DNA of 64,000 bases, taken from NCBI GenBank assembly GCA_964057225.1, contig OZ059894.1, forward strand, positions 12,772,001 through 12,836,000, in the 5' to 3' direction. Position 1 is the first letter of the stretch; the number at the start of each line of letters is the position of its first letter. This document shows positions 13,301-28,300 of this stretch, piece after piece. The stretch is from Auanema rhodensis (Eukaryota > Animalia > Nematoda). The position numbers and the translations under genes were made by a program. Under the pieces are notes generated by a model, which was not told where the DNA came from, did not search any database, and was given only the letters and a program-made list of their open reading frames with translations.

Positions 13301-16300
13301 TTATAAAATATTTCCATGTTTTATTTTTTTAGTATCAGAAAATTCAAATTAAGATCGTTTTTAATGTTTCAAATCTCAATGAACGAATGAATTGTTTCAA
13401 AACTATTGTAAAAATATGAGATTGTTTCAAAATACGTGATTAAATGAAGAAAATGGAGTAAAATGAATTGGAAAATTATAAAATATTTTCATGTTTTATT
13501 TCTTGAGTTTCAAAATATTCAAACTTTTTTTTTTCACTGTTTAAAATCTTAATGAACGAATGAATTGTTTCAAAACTATTGTAAAAATATGAGATTGTTT
13601 CAAAATACGTGATTAAATGAAGAAAATGGAGTAAAATGAATTGGAAAATTATAAAATATTTCCATGTTTTATTTTCTTAGTATCAGAAAATTCAAATTAA
13701 GATCGTTTTCAATGTTTCAACTCTTAATGAACGAATTAATCGTTTCAAAACTATTGTAAAAATATGAGATTGTTTCAAAATACGTGATTAAATGAAGAAA
13801 ATAGAGTAAAATGAATTGGAATATTATAAAATATTTTCATGTTTTATTTCTTGAGTATCAAAATATTCAAACTTTTTTTTTTCACTGTTTAAAATCTTAA
13901 TGAACGAATGAATTGTTTCAAAACTATTGTAAAAATATGAGATTGTTTCAAAATACGTGATTAAATGAAGGAAATGGAGTAAAATGAATTGGAAAATTAT
14001 AAAATATTTTCATGTTTTATTTCTTGAGTTTCAAAATATTCAAACTTTTTTTTTTCACTGTTTAAAATCTTAATGAACGAATGAATTGTTTCAAAACTAT
14101 TGTAAAAATTTGAGATTGTTTCAAAATACGTGATTAAATGAAGAAAATGGAGTAAAATGAATTGGAAAATTATAAAATATTTCCATGTTTTATTTTTTTA
14201 GTATCAGAAAATTCAAATTAAGATCGTTTTTAATGTTTCAAATCTCAATGAACGAATGAATTGTTTCAAAACTATTGTAAAAATATGAGATTGTTTCAAA
14301 ATACGTGATTAAATGAAGAAAATGGAGTAAAATGAATTGGAAAATTATAAAATATTTTCATGTTTTATTTCTTGAGTTTCAAAATATTCAAACTTTTTTT
14401 TTTCACTGTTTAAAATCTTAATGAACGAATGAATTGTTTCAAAACTATTGTAAAAATTTGAGATTGTTTCAAAATACGTGATTTAATGAAGAAAATAGAG
14501 TAAAATGAATTGGAAAATTATAAAATATTTTCATGTTTTATTTTTTTAGTATCAGAAAATTCAAATTAAGATCGTTTTTAATGTTTCAAATCTTAATGAA
14601 CGAATGAATTGTTTCAAAACTAATGTAAAAATATGAGATTGTTTCAAAATACGTGATTAAATGAAGAAAATGGAGTAAAATGAATTGGAAAATTATAAAA
14701 TATTTTCATTTTTTATTTCTTGAGTATCAAAATATTCAAAATTATATCTTTTTTACTGTTAAAAACATTATTAACTGGATGATTTGTTTGGAAATTATTG
14801 TAAAAATATGAGATTGTTTCAAAATACGTGATTAAATGAAGAAAATGGAGCAAAATGAATTGGAAAATTATAAAATATTTTCATGTTTTATTTCTTGAGT
14901 ATCAAAATATTTAAACTTTTTTTTTTCACTGTTTAAAATCTTACAGAACGAATGAATTGTTTCAAAACTATTGTAAAAATTTGAGATTGTTTCAAAATTT
15001 GTGATTAAATGAAGAAAATGGAGTAAAATGAATTGGAAAATTATAAAATATTTCCATGTTTTATTTTCTTAGTATCAGAAAATTCAAATTAAGATCGTTT
15101 TTAATGTTTCAAATCTTAATGAACGAATGAATTGTTTCAAAACTATTGTAAAAATATGAGATTGTTTCAAAATACGTGATTAAATGAAGAAAATGGAGTA
15201 AAATGAATTGGAAAATTATAAAATATTTCCATGTTTTATTTTCTTAGTATCAGAAAATTCAAATTAAGATCGTTTTTAATGTTTCAAATCTTAATGAACG
15301 AATGAATTGTTTCAAAACTATTGTAAAAATATGAGATTGTTTCAAAATACGTGATTAAATGAAGAAAATGGAGTAAAATGAATTGGAAAATTATAAAATA
15401 TTTTCATGTTTTATTTCTTGAGTTTCAAAATATTCAAACTTTTTTTTTTCACTGTTTAAAATCTTAATGAACGAATGAATTGTTTCAAAACTATTGTAAA
15501 AATTTGAGATTGTTTCAAAATACGTGATTTAATGAAGAAAATAGAGTAAAATGAATTGGAAAATTATAAAATATTTTCATGTTTTATTTTTTTAGTATCA
15601 GAAAATTCAAATTAAGATCGTTTTTAATGTTTCAAATCTTAATGAACGAATGAATTGTTTCAAAACTAATGTAAAAATATGAGATTGTTTCAAAATACGT
15701 GATTAAATGAAGAAAATGGAGTAAAATGAATTGGAAAATTATAAAATATTTTCATTTTTTATTTCTTGAGTATCAAAATATTCAAAATTATATCTTTTTT
15801 ACTGTTAAAAACATTATTAACTGGATGATTTGTTTGGAAATTATTGTAAAAATATGAGATTGTTTCAAAATACGTGATTAAATGAAGAAAATGGAGCAAA
15901 ATGAATTGGAAAATTATAAAATATTTTCATGTTTTATTTCTTGAGTATCAAAATATTTAAACTTTTTTTTTTCACTGTTTAAAATCTTACAGAACGAATG
16001 AATTGTTTCAAAACTATTGTAAAAATTTGAGATTGTTTCAAAATTTGTGATTAAATGAAGAAAATGGAGTAAAATGAATTGGAAAATTATAAAATATTTC
16101 CATGTTTTATTTTCTTAGTATCAGAAAATTCAAATTAAGATCGTTTTTAATGTTTCAAATCTTAATGAACGAATGAATTGTTTCAAAACTATTGTAAAAA
16201 TATGAGATTGTTTCAAAATACGTGATTAAATGAAGAAAATGGAGTAAAATGAATTGGAAAATTATAAAATATTTCCATGTTTTATTTTCTTAGTATCAGA

Positions 16301-19300
16301 AAATTCAAATTAAGATCGTTTTTAATGTTTCAAATCTTAATGAACGAATGAATTGTTTCAAAACTATTGTAAAAATATGAGATTGTTTCAAAATACGTGA
16401 TTAAATGAAGAAAATGGAGTAAAATGAATTGGAAAATTATAAAATATTTTCATGTTTTATTTCTTGAGTTTCAAAATATTCAAACTTTTTTTTTTCACTG
16501 TTTAAAATCTTAATGAACGAATGAATTGTTTCAAAACTATTGTAAAAATTTGAGATTGTTTCAAAATACGTGATTTAATGAAGAAAATAGAGTAAAATGA
16601 ATTGGAAAATTATAAAATATTTCCATGTTTTATTTTCTTAGTATCAGAAAATTCGAATTAAGATCGTTTTCAATGTTTCAAATCTTAATGAACGAATTAA
16701 TTGTTTCAAAACTATTGTAAAAATATGAGATTGTTTCAAAATACGTGATTAAATGAAGAAAATGGAGTAAAATGAATTGGAAAATTATAAAATATTTCCA
16801 TGTTTTATTTTTTTAGTATCAGAAAATTCAAATTAAGATCGTTTTTAATGTTTCAAATCTCAATGAACGAATGAATTGTTTCAAAACTATTGTAAAAACA
16901 TGAGATTGTTTCAAAATACGTGATTAAATGAAGAAAATGGAGTAAAATGAATTGGAAAATTATAAAATATTTCCATGTTTTATTTTCTTAGTATCAGAAA
17001 ATTCAAATTAAGATCGTTTTTAATGTTTCAAATCTTAATGAACGAATGAATTGTTTCAAAACTATTGTAAAAATATGAGATTAATTCAAAATACGTGATT
17101 AAATGAAGAAAATGGAGTAAAATGAATTGGAAAATTATAAAATATTTTCATGTTTTATTTCTTGAGTTTCAAAATATTCAAACTTTTTTTTTTCACTGTT
17201 TAAAATCTTAATGAACGAATGAATTGTTTCAAAACTATTGTAAAAATATGAGATTGTTTCAAAATACGTGATTAAATGAAGAAAATGGAGTAAAATGAAT
17301 TGGAAAATTATAAAATATTTTCATGTTTTATTTCTTGAGTTTCAAAATATTCAAATTTTTTTTTTTCACTGTTTAAAATCTTAATTAACGAATGAATTGT
17401 TTCAAAACTATTGTAAAAATATGAGATTGTTTCAAAATACGTGATTAAATGAAGAAAATGGAGTAAAATGAATTGGAAAATTATAAAATATTTTCATGTT
17501 TTATTTCTTGAGTTTCAAAATATTCAAACTTTTTTTTTTCACTGTTTAAAATCTTAATGAACGAATGAATTGTTTCAAAACTATTGTAAAAATTTGAGAT
17601 TGTTTCAAAATACGTGATTTAATGAAGAAAATAGAGTAAAATGAATTGGAAAATTATAAAATATTTCCATGTTTTATTTTCTTAGTATCAGAAAATTCGA
17701 ATTAAGATCGTTTTCAATGTTTCAAATCTTAATGAACGAATTAATTGTTTCAAAACTATTGTAAAAATATGAGATTGTTTCAAAATACGTGATTAAATGA
17801 AGAAAATGGAGTAAAATGAATTGGAAAATTATAAAATATTTCCATGTTTTATTTTTTTAGTATCAGAAAATTCAAATTAAGATCGTTTTTAATGTTTCAA
17901 ATCTCAATGAACGAATGAATTGTTTCAAAACTATTGTAAAAATATGAGATTGTTTCAAAATACGTGATTAAATGAAGAAAATGGAGTAAAATGAATTGGA
18001 AAATTATAAAATATTTCCATGTTTTATTTTCTTAGTATCAGAAAATTCAAATTAAGATCGTTTTTAATGTTTCAAATCTTAATGAACGAATGAATTGTTT
18101 CAAAACTATTGTAAAAATATGAGATTGTTTCAAAATACGTGATTAAATGAAGAAAATGGAGTAAAATGAATTGGAAAATTATAAAATATTTCCATGTTTT
18201 ATTTTCTTAGTATCAGAAAATTCAAATTAAGATCGTTTTTAATGTTTCAAATCTTAATGAACGAATGAATTGTTTCAAAACTATTGTAAAAATATGAGAT
18301 TGTTTCAAAATACGTGATTAAATGAAGAAAATGGAGTAAAATGAATTGGAAAATTATAAAATATTTTCATGTTTTATTTCTTGAGTTTCAAAATATTCAA
18401 ACTTTTTTTTTTCACTGTTTAAAATCTTAATGAACGAATGAATTGTTTCAAAACTATTGTAAAAATTTGAGATTGTTTCAAAATACGTGATTTAATGAAG
18501 AAAATAGAGTAAAATGAATTGGAAAATTATAAAATATTTTCATGTTTTATTTTTTTAGTATCAGAAAATTCAAATTAAGATCGTTTTTAATGTTTCAAAT
18601 CTTAATGAACGAATGAATTGTTTCAAAACTAATGTAAAAATATGAGATTGTTTCAAAATACGTGATTAAATGAAGAAAATGGAGTAAAATGAATTGGAAA
18701 ATTATAAAATATTTTCATTTTTTATTTCTTGAGTATCAAAATATTCAAAATTATATCTTTTTTACTGTTAAAAACATTATTAACTGGATGATTTGTTTGG
18801 AAATTATTGTAAAAATATGAGATTGTTTCAAAATACGTGATTAAATGAAGAAAATGGAGCAAAATGAATTGGAAAATTATAAAATATTTTCATGTTTTAT
18901 TTCTTGAGTATCAAAATATTTAAACTTTTTTTTTTCACTGTTTAAAATCTTACAGAACGAATGAATTGTTTCAAAACTATTGTAAAAATTTGAGATTGTT
19001 TCAAAATTTGTGATTAAATGAAGAAAATGGAGTAAAATGAATTGGAAAATTATAAAATATTTCCATGTTTTATTTTCTTAGTATCAGAAAATTCAAATTA
19101 AGATCGTTTTTAATGTTTCAAATCTTAATGAACGAATGAATTGTTTCAAAACTATTGTAAAAATATGAGATTGTTTCAAAATACGTGATTAAATGAAGAA
19201 AATGGAGTAAAATGAATTGGAAAATTATAAAATATTTCCATGTTTTATTTTCTTAGTATCAGAAAATTCAAATTAAGATCGTTTTTAATGTTTCAAATCT

Positions 19301-22300
19301 TAATGAACGAATGAATTGTTTCAAAACTATTGTAAAAATATGAGATTGTTTCAAAATACGTGATTAAATGAAGAAAATGGAGTAAAATGAATTGGAAAAT
19401 TATAAAATATTTTCATGTTTTATTTCTTGAGTTTCAAAATATTCAAACTTTTTTTTTTCACTGTTTAAAATCTTAATGAACGAATGAATTGTTTCAAAAC
19501 TATTGTAAAAATTTGAGATTGTTTCAAAATACGTGATTTAATGAAGAAAATAGAGTAAAATGAATTGGAAAATTATAAAATATTTTCATGTTTTATTTTT
19601 TTAGTATCAGAAAATTCAAATTAAGATCGTTTTTAATGTTTCAAATCTTAATGAACGAATGAATTGTTTCAAAACTAATGTAAAAATATGAGATTGTTTC
19701 AAAATACGTGATTAAATGAAGAAAATGGAGTAAAATGAATTGGAAAATTATAAAATATTTTCATTTTTTATTTCTTGAGTATCAAAATATTCAAAATTAT
19801 ATCTTTTTTACTGTTAAAAACATTATTAACTGGATGATTTGTTTGGAAATTATTGTAAAAATATGAGATTGTTTCAAAATACGTGATTAAATGAAGAAAA
19901 TGGAGCAAAATGAATTGGAAAATTATAAAATATTTTCATGTTTTATTTCTTGAGTATCAAAATATTTAAACTTTTTTTTTTCACTGTTTAAAATCTTACA
20001 GAACGAATGAATTGTTTCAAAACTATTGTAAAAATTTGAGATTGTTTCAAAATTTGTGATTAAATGAAGAAAATGGAGTAAAATGAATTGGAAAATTATA
20101 AAATATTTCCATGTTTTATTTTCTTAGTATCAGAAAATTCAAATTAAGATCGTTTTTAATGTTTCAAATCTTAATGAACGAATGAATTGTTTCAAAACTA
20201 TTGTAAAAATATGAGATTGTTTCAAAATACGTGATTAAATGAAGAAAATGGAGTAAAATGAATTGGAAAATTATAAAATATTTCCATGTTTTATTTTCTT
20301 AGTATCAGAAAATTCAAATTAAGATCGTTTTTAATGTTTCAAATCTTAATGAACGAATGAATTGTTTCAAAACTATTGTAAAAATATGAGATTGTTTCAA
20401 AATACGTGATTAAATGAAGAAAATGGAGTAAAATGAATTGGAAAATTATAAAATATTTTCATGTTTTATTTCTTGAGTTTCAAAATATTCAAACTTTTTT
20501 TTTTCACTGTTTAAAATCTTAATGAACGAATGAATTGTTTCAAAACTATTGTAAAAATTTGAGATTGTTTCAAAATACGTGATTTAATGAAGAAAATAGA
20601 GTAAAATGAATTGGAAAATTATAAAATATTTCCATGTTTTATTTTCTTAGTATCAGAAAATTCGAATTAAGATCGTTTTCAATGTTTCAAATCTTAATGA
20701 ACGAATTAATTGTTTCAAAACTATTGTAAAAATATGAGATTGTTTCAAAATACGTGATTAAATGAAGAAAATGGAGTAAAATGAATTGGAAAATTATAAA
20801 ATATTTCCATGTTTTATTTTTTTAGTATCAGAAAATTCAAATTAAGATCGTTTTTAATGTTTCAAATCTCAATGAACGAATGAATTGTTTCAAAACTATT
20901 GTAAAAATATGAGATTGTTTCAAAATACGTGATTAAATGAAGAAAATGGAGTAAAATGAATTGGAAAATTATAAAATATTTCCATGTTTTATTTTCTTAG
21001 TATCAGAAAATTCAAATTAAGATCGTTTTTAATGTTTCAAATCTTAATGAACGAATGAATTGTTTCAAAACTATTGTAAAAATATGAGATTAATTCAAAA
21101 TACGTGATTAAATGAAGAAAATGGAGTAAAATGAATTGGAAAATTATAAAATATTTTCATGTTTTATTTCTTGAGTTTCAAAATATTCAAACTTTTTTTT
21201 TTCACTGTTTAAAATCTTAATGAACGAATGAATTGTTTCAAAACTATTGTAAAAATATGAGATTGTTTCAAAATACGTGATTAAATGAAGAAAATGGAGT
21301 AAAATGAATTGGAAAATTATAAAATATTTTCATGTTTTATTTCTTGAGTTTCAAAATATTCAAATTTTTTTTTTTCACTGTTTAAAATCTTAATTAACGA
21401 ATGAATTGTTTCAAAACTATTGTAAAAATATGAGATTGTTTCAAAATACGTGATTAAATGAAGAAAATGGAGTAAAATGAATTGGAAAATTATAAAATAT
21501 TTCCATGTTTTATTTTTTTAGTATCAGAAAATTCAAATTAAGATCGTTTTTAATGTTTCAAATCTCAATGAACGAATGAATTGTTTCAAAACTATTGTAA
21601 AAATATGAGATTGTTTCAAAATACGTGATTAAATGAAGAAAATGGAGCAAAATGAATTGGAAAATTATAAAATATTTTCATGTTTTATTTCTTGAGTATC
21701 AAAATATTTAAACTTTTTTTTTTCACTGTTTAAAATCTTAATGAACGAATGAATTGTTTCAAAACTATTGTAAAAATATGAGATTGTTTCAAAATACGTG
21801 ATTAAATGAAGAAAATGGAGTAAAATGAATTGGAAAATTATAAAATATTTTCATGTTTTATTTCTTGAGTTTCAAAATATTCAAACTTTTTTTTTTCACT
21901 GTTTAAAATCTTACAGAACGAATGAATTGTTTCAAAACTATTGTAAAAATTTGAGATTGTTTCAAAATACGTGATTAAATGAAGAAAATGGAGTAAAATG
22001 AATTGGAAAATTATAAAATATTTCCATGTTTTATTTTCTTAGTATCAGAAAATTCGAATTAAGATCGTTTTCAATGTTTCAAATCTTAATGAACGAATTA
22101 ATTGTTTCAAAACTATTGTAAAAATATGAGATTGTTTCAAAATACGTGATTAAATGAAGAAAATGGAGTAAAATGAATTGGAAAATTATAAAATATTTTC
22201 ATGTTTTATTTTTTTAGTATCAGAAAATTCAAATTAAGATCGTTTTTAATGTTTCAAATCTTAATGAACGAATGAATTGTTTCAAAACTAATGTAAAAAT

Positions 22301-25300
22301 ATGAGATTGTTTCAAAATACGTGATTAAATGAAGAAAATGGAGTAAAATGAATTGGAAAATTATAAAATATTTTCATGTTTTATTTCTTGAGTTTCAAAA
22401 TATTCAAACTTTTTTTTTTCACTGTTTAAAATCTTAATGAACGAATGAATTGTTTCAAAACTATTGTAAAAATATGAGATTGTTTCAAAATACGTGATTA
22501 AATGAAGAAAATGGAGTAAAATGAATTGGAAAATTATAAAATATTTCCATGTTTTATTTTCTTAGTATCAGAAAATTCAAATTAAGATCGTTTTCAATGT
22601 TTCAAATCTTAATGAACGAATTAATCGTTTCAAAACTATTGTAAAAATATGAGATTGTTTCAAAATACGTGATTAAATGAAGAAAATAGAGTAAAATGAA
22701 TTGGAATATTATAAAATATTTTCATGTTTTATTTCTTGAGTATCAAAATATTCAAACTTTTTTTTTTCACTGTTTAAAATCTTAATGAACGAATGAATTG
22801 TTTCAAAACTATTGTAAAAATATGAGATTGTTTCAAAATACGTGATTAAATGAAGAAAATGGAGTAAAATGAATTGGAAAATTATAAAATATTTTCATGT
22901 TTTATTTCTTGAGTTTCAAAATATTCAAACTTTTTTTTTTCACTGTTTAAAATCTTACAGAACGAATGAATTGTTTCAAAACTATTGTAAAAATTTGAGA
23001 TTGTTTCAAAATACGTGATTGAATGAAGAAAATGGAGTAAAATGAATTGGAAAATTATAAAATATTTCCATGTTTTATTTTCTTAGTATCAGAAAATTCG
23101 AATTAAGATCGTTTTCAATGTTTCAAATCTCAATGAACGAATGAATTGTTTCAAAACTATTGTAAAAATATGAGATTGTTTCAAAATACGTGATTAAATG
23201 AAGGAAATGGAGTAAAATGAATTGGAAAATTATAAAATATTTTCATGTTTTATTTCTTGAGTTTCAAAATATTCAAACTTTTTTTTTTCACTGTTTAAAA
23301 TCTTAATGAACGAATGAATTGTTTCAAAACTATTGTAAAAATTTGAGATTGTTTCAAAATACGTGATTAAATGAAGAAAATGGAGTAAAATGAATTGGAA
23401 AATTATAAAATATTTCCATGTTTTATTTTTTTAGTATCAGAAAATTCAAATTAAGATCGTTTTTAATGTTTCAAATCTTAATGAACGAATGAATTGTTTC
23501 AAAACTATTGTAAAAATATGAGATTAATTCAAAATACGTGATTAAATGAAGAAAATGGAGTAAAATGAATTGGAAAATTATAAAATATTTTCATGTTTTA
23601 TTTCTTGAGTTTCAAAATATTCAAACTTTTTTTTTTCACTGTTTAAAATCTTAATGAACGAATGAATTGTTTCAAAACTATTGTAAAAATATGAGATTGT
23701 TTCAAAATACGTGATTAAATGAAGAAAATGGAGTAAAATGAATTGGAAAATTATAAAATATTTTCATGTTTTATTTCTTGAGTTTCAAAATATTCAAACT
23801 TTTTTTTTTCACTGTTTAAAATCTTAATTAACGAATGAATTGTTTCAAAACTATTGTAAAAATATGAGATTGTTTCAAAATACGTGATTAAATGAAGAAA
23901 ATGGAGTAAAATGAATTGGAAAATTATAAAATATTTCCATGTTTTATTTTTTTAGTATCAGAAAATTCAAATTAAGATCGTTTTTAATGTTTCAAATCTC
24001 AATGAACGAATGAATTGTTTCAAAACTATTGTAAAAATATGAGATTGTTTCAAAATACGTGATTAAATGAAGAAAATGGAGCAAAATGAATTGGAAAATT
24101 ATAAAATATTTTCATGTTTTATTTCTTGAGTATCAAAATATTTAAACTTTTTTTTTTCACTGTTTAAAATCTTAATGAACGAATGAATTGTTTCAAAACT
24201 ATTGTAAAAATATGAGATTGTTTCAAAATACGTGATTAAATGAAGAAAATGGAGTAAAATGAATTGGAAAATTATAAAATATTTTCATGTTTTATTTCTT
24301 GAGTTTCAAAATATTCAAACTTTTTTTTTTCACTGTTTAAAATCTTACAGAACGAATGAATTGTTTCAAAACTATTGTAAAAATTTGAGATTGTTTCAAA
24401 ATACGTGATTAAATGAAGAAAATGGAGTAAAATGAATTGGAAAATTATAAAATATTTCCATGTTTTATTTTCTTAGTATCAGAAAATTCAAATTAAGATC
24501 GTTTTCAATGTTTCAAATCTTAATGAACGAATTAATCGTTTCAAAACTATTGTAAAAATATGAGATTGTTTCAAAATACGTGATTAAATGAAGAAAATGG
24601 AGTAAAATGAATTGGAAAATTATAAAATATTTTCATGTTTTATTTTTTTAGTATCAGAAAATTCAAATTAAGATCGTTTTTAATGTTTCAAATCTTAATG
24701 AACGAATGAATTGTTTCAAAACTAATGTAAAAATATGAGATTGTTTCAAAATACGTGATTAAATGAAGAAAATGGAGTAAAATGAATTGGAAAATTATAA
24801 AATATTTTCATGTTTTATTTCTTGAGTTTCAAAATATTCAAACTTTTTTTTTTCACTGTTTAAAATCTTAATGAACGAATGAATTGTTTCAAAACTATTG
24901 TAAAAATATGAGATTGTTTCAAAATACGTGATTAAATGAAGAAAATGGAGTAAAATGAATTGGAAAATTATAAAATATTTCCATGTTTTATTTTCTTAGT
25001 ATCAGAAAATTCAAATTAAGATCGTTTTCAATGTTTCAAATCTTAATGAACGAATTAATCGTTTCAAAACTATTGTAAAAATATGAGATTGTTTCAAAAT
25101 ACGTGATTAAATGAAGAAAATAGAGTAAAATGAATTGGAATATTATAAAATATTTTCATGTTTTATTTCTTGAGTATCAAAATATTCAAACTTTTTTTTT
25201 TCACTGTTTAAAATCTTAATGAACGAATGAATTGTTTCAAAACTATTGTAAAAATATGAGATTGTTTCAAAATACGTGATTAAATGAAGAAAATGGAGTA

Positions 25301-28300
25301 AAATGAATTGGAAAATTATAAAATATTTTCATGTTTTATTTCTTGAGTTTCAAAATATTCAAACTTTTTTTTTTCACTGTTTAAAATCTTACAGAACGAA
25401 TGAATTGTTTCAAAACTATTGTAAAAATTTGAGATTGTTTCAAAATACGTGATTGAATGAAGAAAATGGAGTAAAATGAATTGGAAAATTATAAAATATT
25501 TCCATGTTTTATTTTCTTAGTATCAGAAAATTCGAATTAAGATCGTTTTCAATGTTTCAAATCTCAATGAACGAATGAATTGTTTCAAAACTATTGTAAA
25601 AATATGAGATTGTTTCAAAATACGTGATTAAATGAAGGAAATGGAGTAAAATGAATTGGAAAATTATAAAATATTTTCATGTTTTATTTCTTGAGTTTCA
25701 AAATATTCAAACTTTTTTTTTTCACTGTTTAAAATCTTAATGAACGAATGAATTGTTTCAAAACTATTGTAAAAATTTGAGATTGTTTCAAAATACGTGA
25801 TTAAATGAAGAAAATGGAGTAAAATGAATTGGAAAATTATAAAATATTTCCATGTTTTATTTTTTTAGTATCAGAAAATTCAAATTAAGATCGTTTTTAA
25901 TGTTTCAAATCTTAATGAACGAATGAATTGTTTCAAAACTATTGTAAAAATATGAGATTAATTCAAAATACGTGATTAAATGAAGAAAATGGAGTAAAAT
26001 GAATTGGAAAATTATAAAATATTTTCATGTTTTATTTCTTGAGTTTCAAAATATTCAAACTTTTTTTTTTCACTGTTTAAAATCTTAATGAACGAATGAA
26101 TTGTTTCAAAACTATTGTAAAAATATGAGATTGTTTCAAAATACGTGATTAAATGAAGAAAATGGAGTAAAATGAATTGGAAAATTATAAAATATTTTCA
26201 TGTTTTATTTCTTGAGTTTCAAAATATTCAAACTTTTTTTTTTCACTGTTTAAAATCTTAATTAACGAATGAATTGTTTCAAAACTATTGTAAAAATATG
26301 AGATTGTTTCAAAATACGTGATTAAATGAAGAAAATGGAGTAAAATGAATTGGAAAATTATAAAATATTTCCATGTTTTATTTTTTTAGTATCAGAAAAT
26401 TCAAATTAAGATCGTTTTTAATGTTTCAAATCTCAATGAACGAATGAATTGTTTCAAAACTATTGTAAAAATATGAGATTGTTTCAAAATACGTGATTAA
26501 ATGAAGAAAATGGAGCAAAATGAATTGGAAAATTATAAAATATTTTCATGTTTTATTTCTTGAGTATCAAAATATTTAAACTTTTTTTTTTCACTGTTTA
26601 AAATCTTAATGAACGAATGAATTGTTTCAAAACTATTGTAAAAATATGAGATTGTTTCAAAATACGTGATTAAATGAAGAAAATGGAGTAAAATGAATTG
26701 GAAAATTATAAAATATTTTCATGTTTTATTTCTTGAGTTTCAAAATATTCAAACTTTTTTTTTTCACTGTTTAAAATCTTACAGAACGAATGAATTGTTT
26801 CAAAACTATTGTAAAAATTTGAGATTGTTTCAAAATACGTGATTAAATGAAGAAAATGGAGTAAAATGAATTGGAAAATTATAAAATATTTCCATGTTTT
26901 ATTTTCTTAGTATCAGAAAATTCAAATTAAGATCGTTTTCAATGTTTCAAATCTTAATGAACGAATTAATCGTTTCAAAACTATTGTAAAAATATGAGAT
27001 TGTTTCAAAATACGTGATTAAATGAAGAAAATAGAGTAAAATGAATTGGAATATTATAAAATATTTTCATGTTTTATTTCTTGAGTATCAAAATATTCAA
27101 ACTTTTTTTTTTCACTGTTTAAAATCTTAATGAACGAATGAATTGTTTCAAAACTATTGTAAAAATATGAGATTGTTTCAAAATACGTGATTAAATGAAG
27201 AAAATGGAGTAAAATGAATTGGAAAATTATAAAATATTTTCATGTTTTATTTCTTGAGTTTCAAAATATTCAAACTTTTTTTTTTCACTGTTTAAAATCT
27301 TACAGAACGAATGAATTGTTTCAAAACTATTGTAAAAATTTGAGATTGTTTCAAAATACGTGATTAAATGAAGAAAATGGAGTAAAATGAATTGGAAAAT
27401 TATAAAATATTTCCATGTTTTATTTTCTTAGTATCAGAAAATTCGAATTAAGATCGTTTTCAATGTTTCAAATCTCAATGAACGAATGAATTGTTTCAAA
27501 ACTATTGTAAAAATATGAGATTGTTTCAAAATACGTGATTAAATGAAGGAAATGGAGTAAAATGAATTGGAAAATTATAAAATATTTTCATGTTTTATTT
27601 CTTGAGTTTCAAAATATTCAAACTTTTTTTTTTCACTGTTTAAAATCTTAATGAACGAATGAATTGTTTCAAAACTATTGTAAAAATTTGAGATTGTTTC
27701 AAAATACGTGATTAAATGAAGAAAATGGAGTAAAATGAATTGGAAAATTATAAAATATTTCCATGTTTTATTTTTTTAGTATCAGAAAATTCAAATTAAG
27801 ATCGTTTTTAATGTTTCAAATCTTAATGAACGAATGAATTGTTTCAAAACTATTGTAAAAATATGAGATTAATTCAAAATACGTGATTAAATGAAGAAAA
27901 TGGAGTAAAATGAATTGGAAAATTATAAAATATTTTCATGTTTTATTTCTTGAGTTTCAAAATATTCAAACTTTTTTTTTTCACTGTTTAAAATCTTAAT
28001 GAACGAATGAATTGTTTCAAAACTATTGTAAAAATATGAGATTGTTTCAAAATACGTGATTAAATGAAGAAAATGGAGTAAAATGAATTGGAAAATTATA
28101 AAATATTTTCATGTTTTATTTCTTGAGTTTCAAAATATTCAAACTTTTTTTTTTCACTGTTTAAAATCTTAATTAACGAATGAATTGTTTCAAAACTATT
28201 GTAAAAATATGAGATTGTTTCAAAATACGTGATTAAATGAAGAAAATGGAGTAAAATGAATTGGAAAATTATAAAATATTTCCATGTTTTATTTTTTTAG

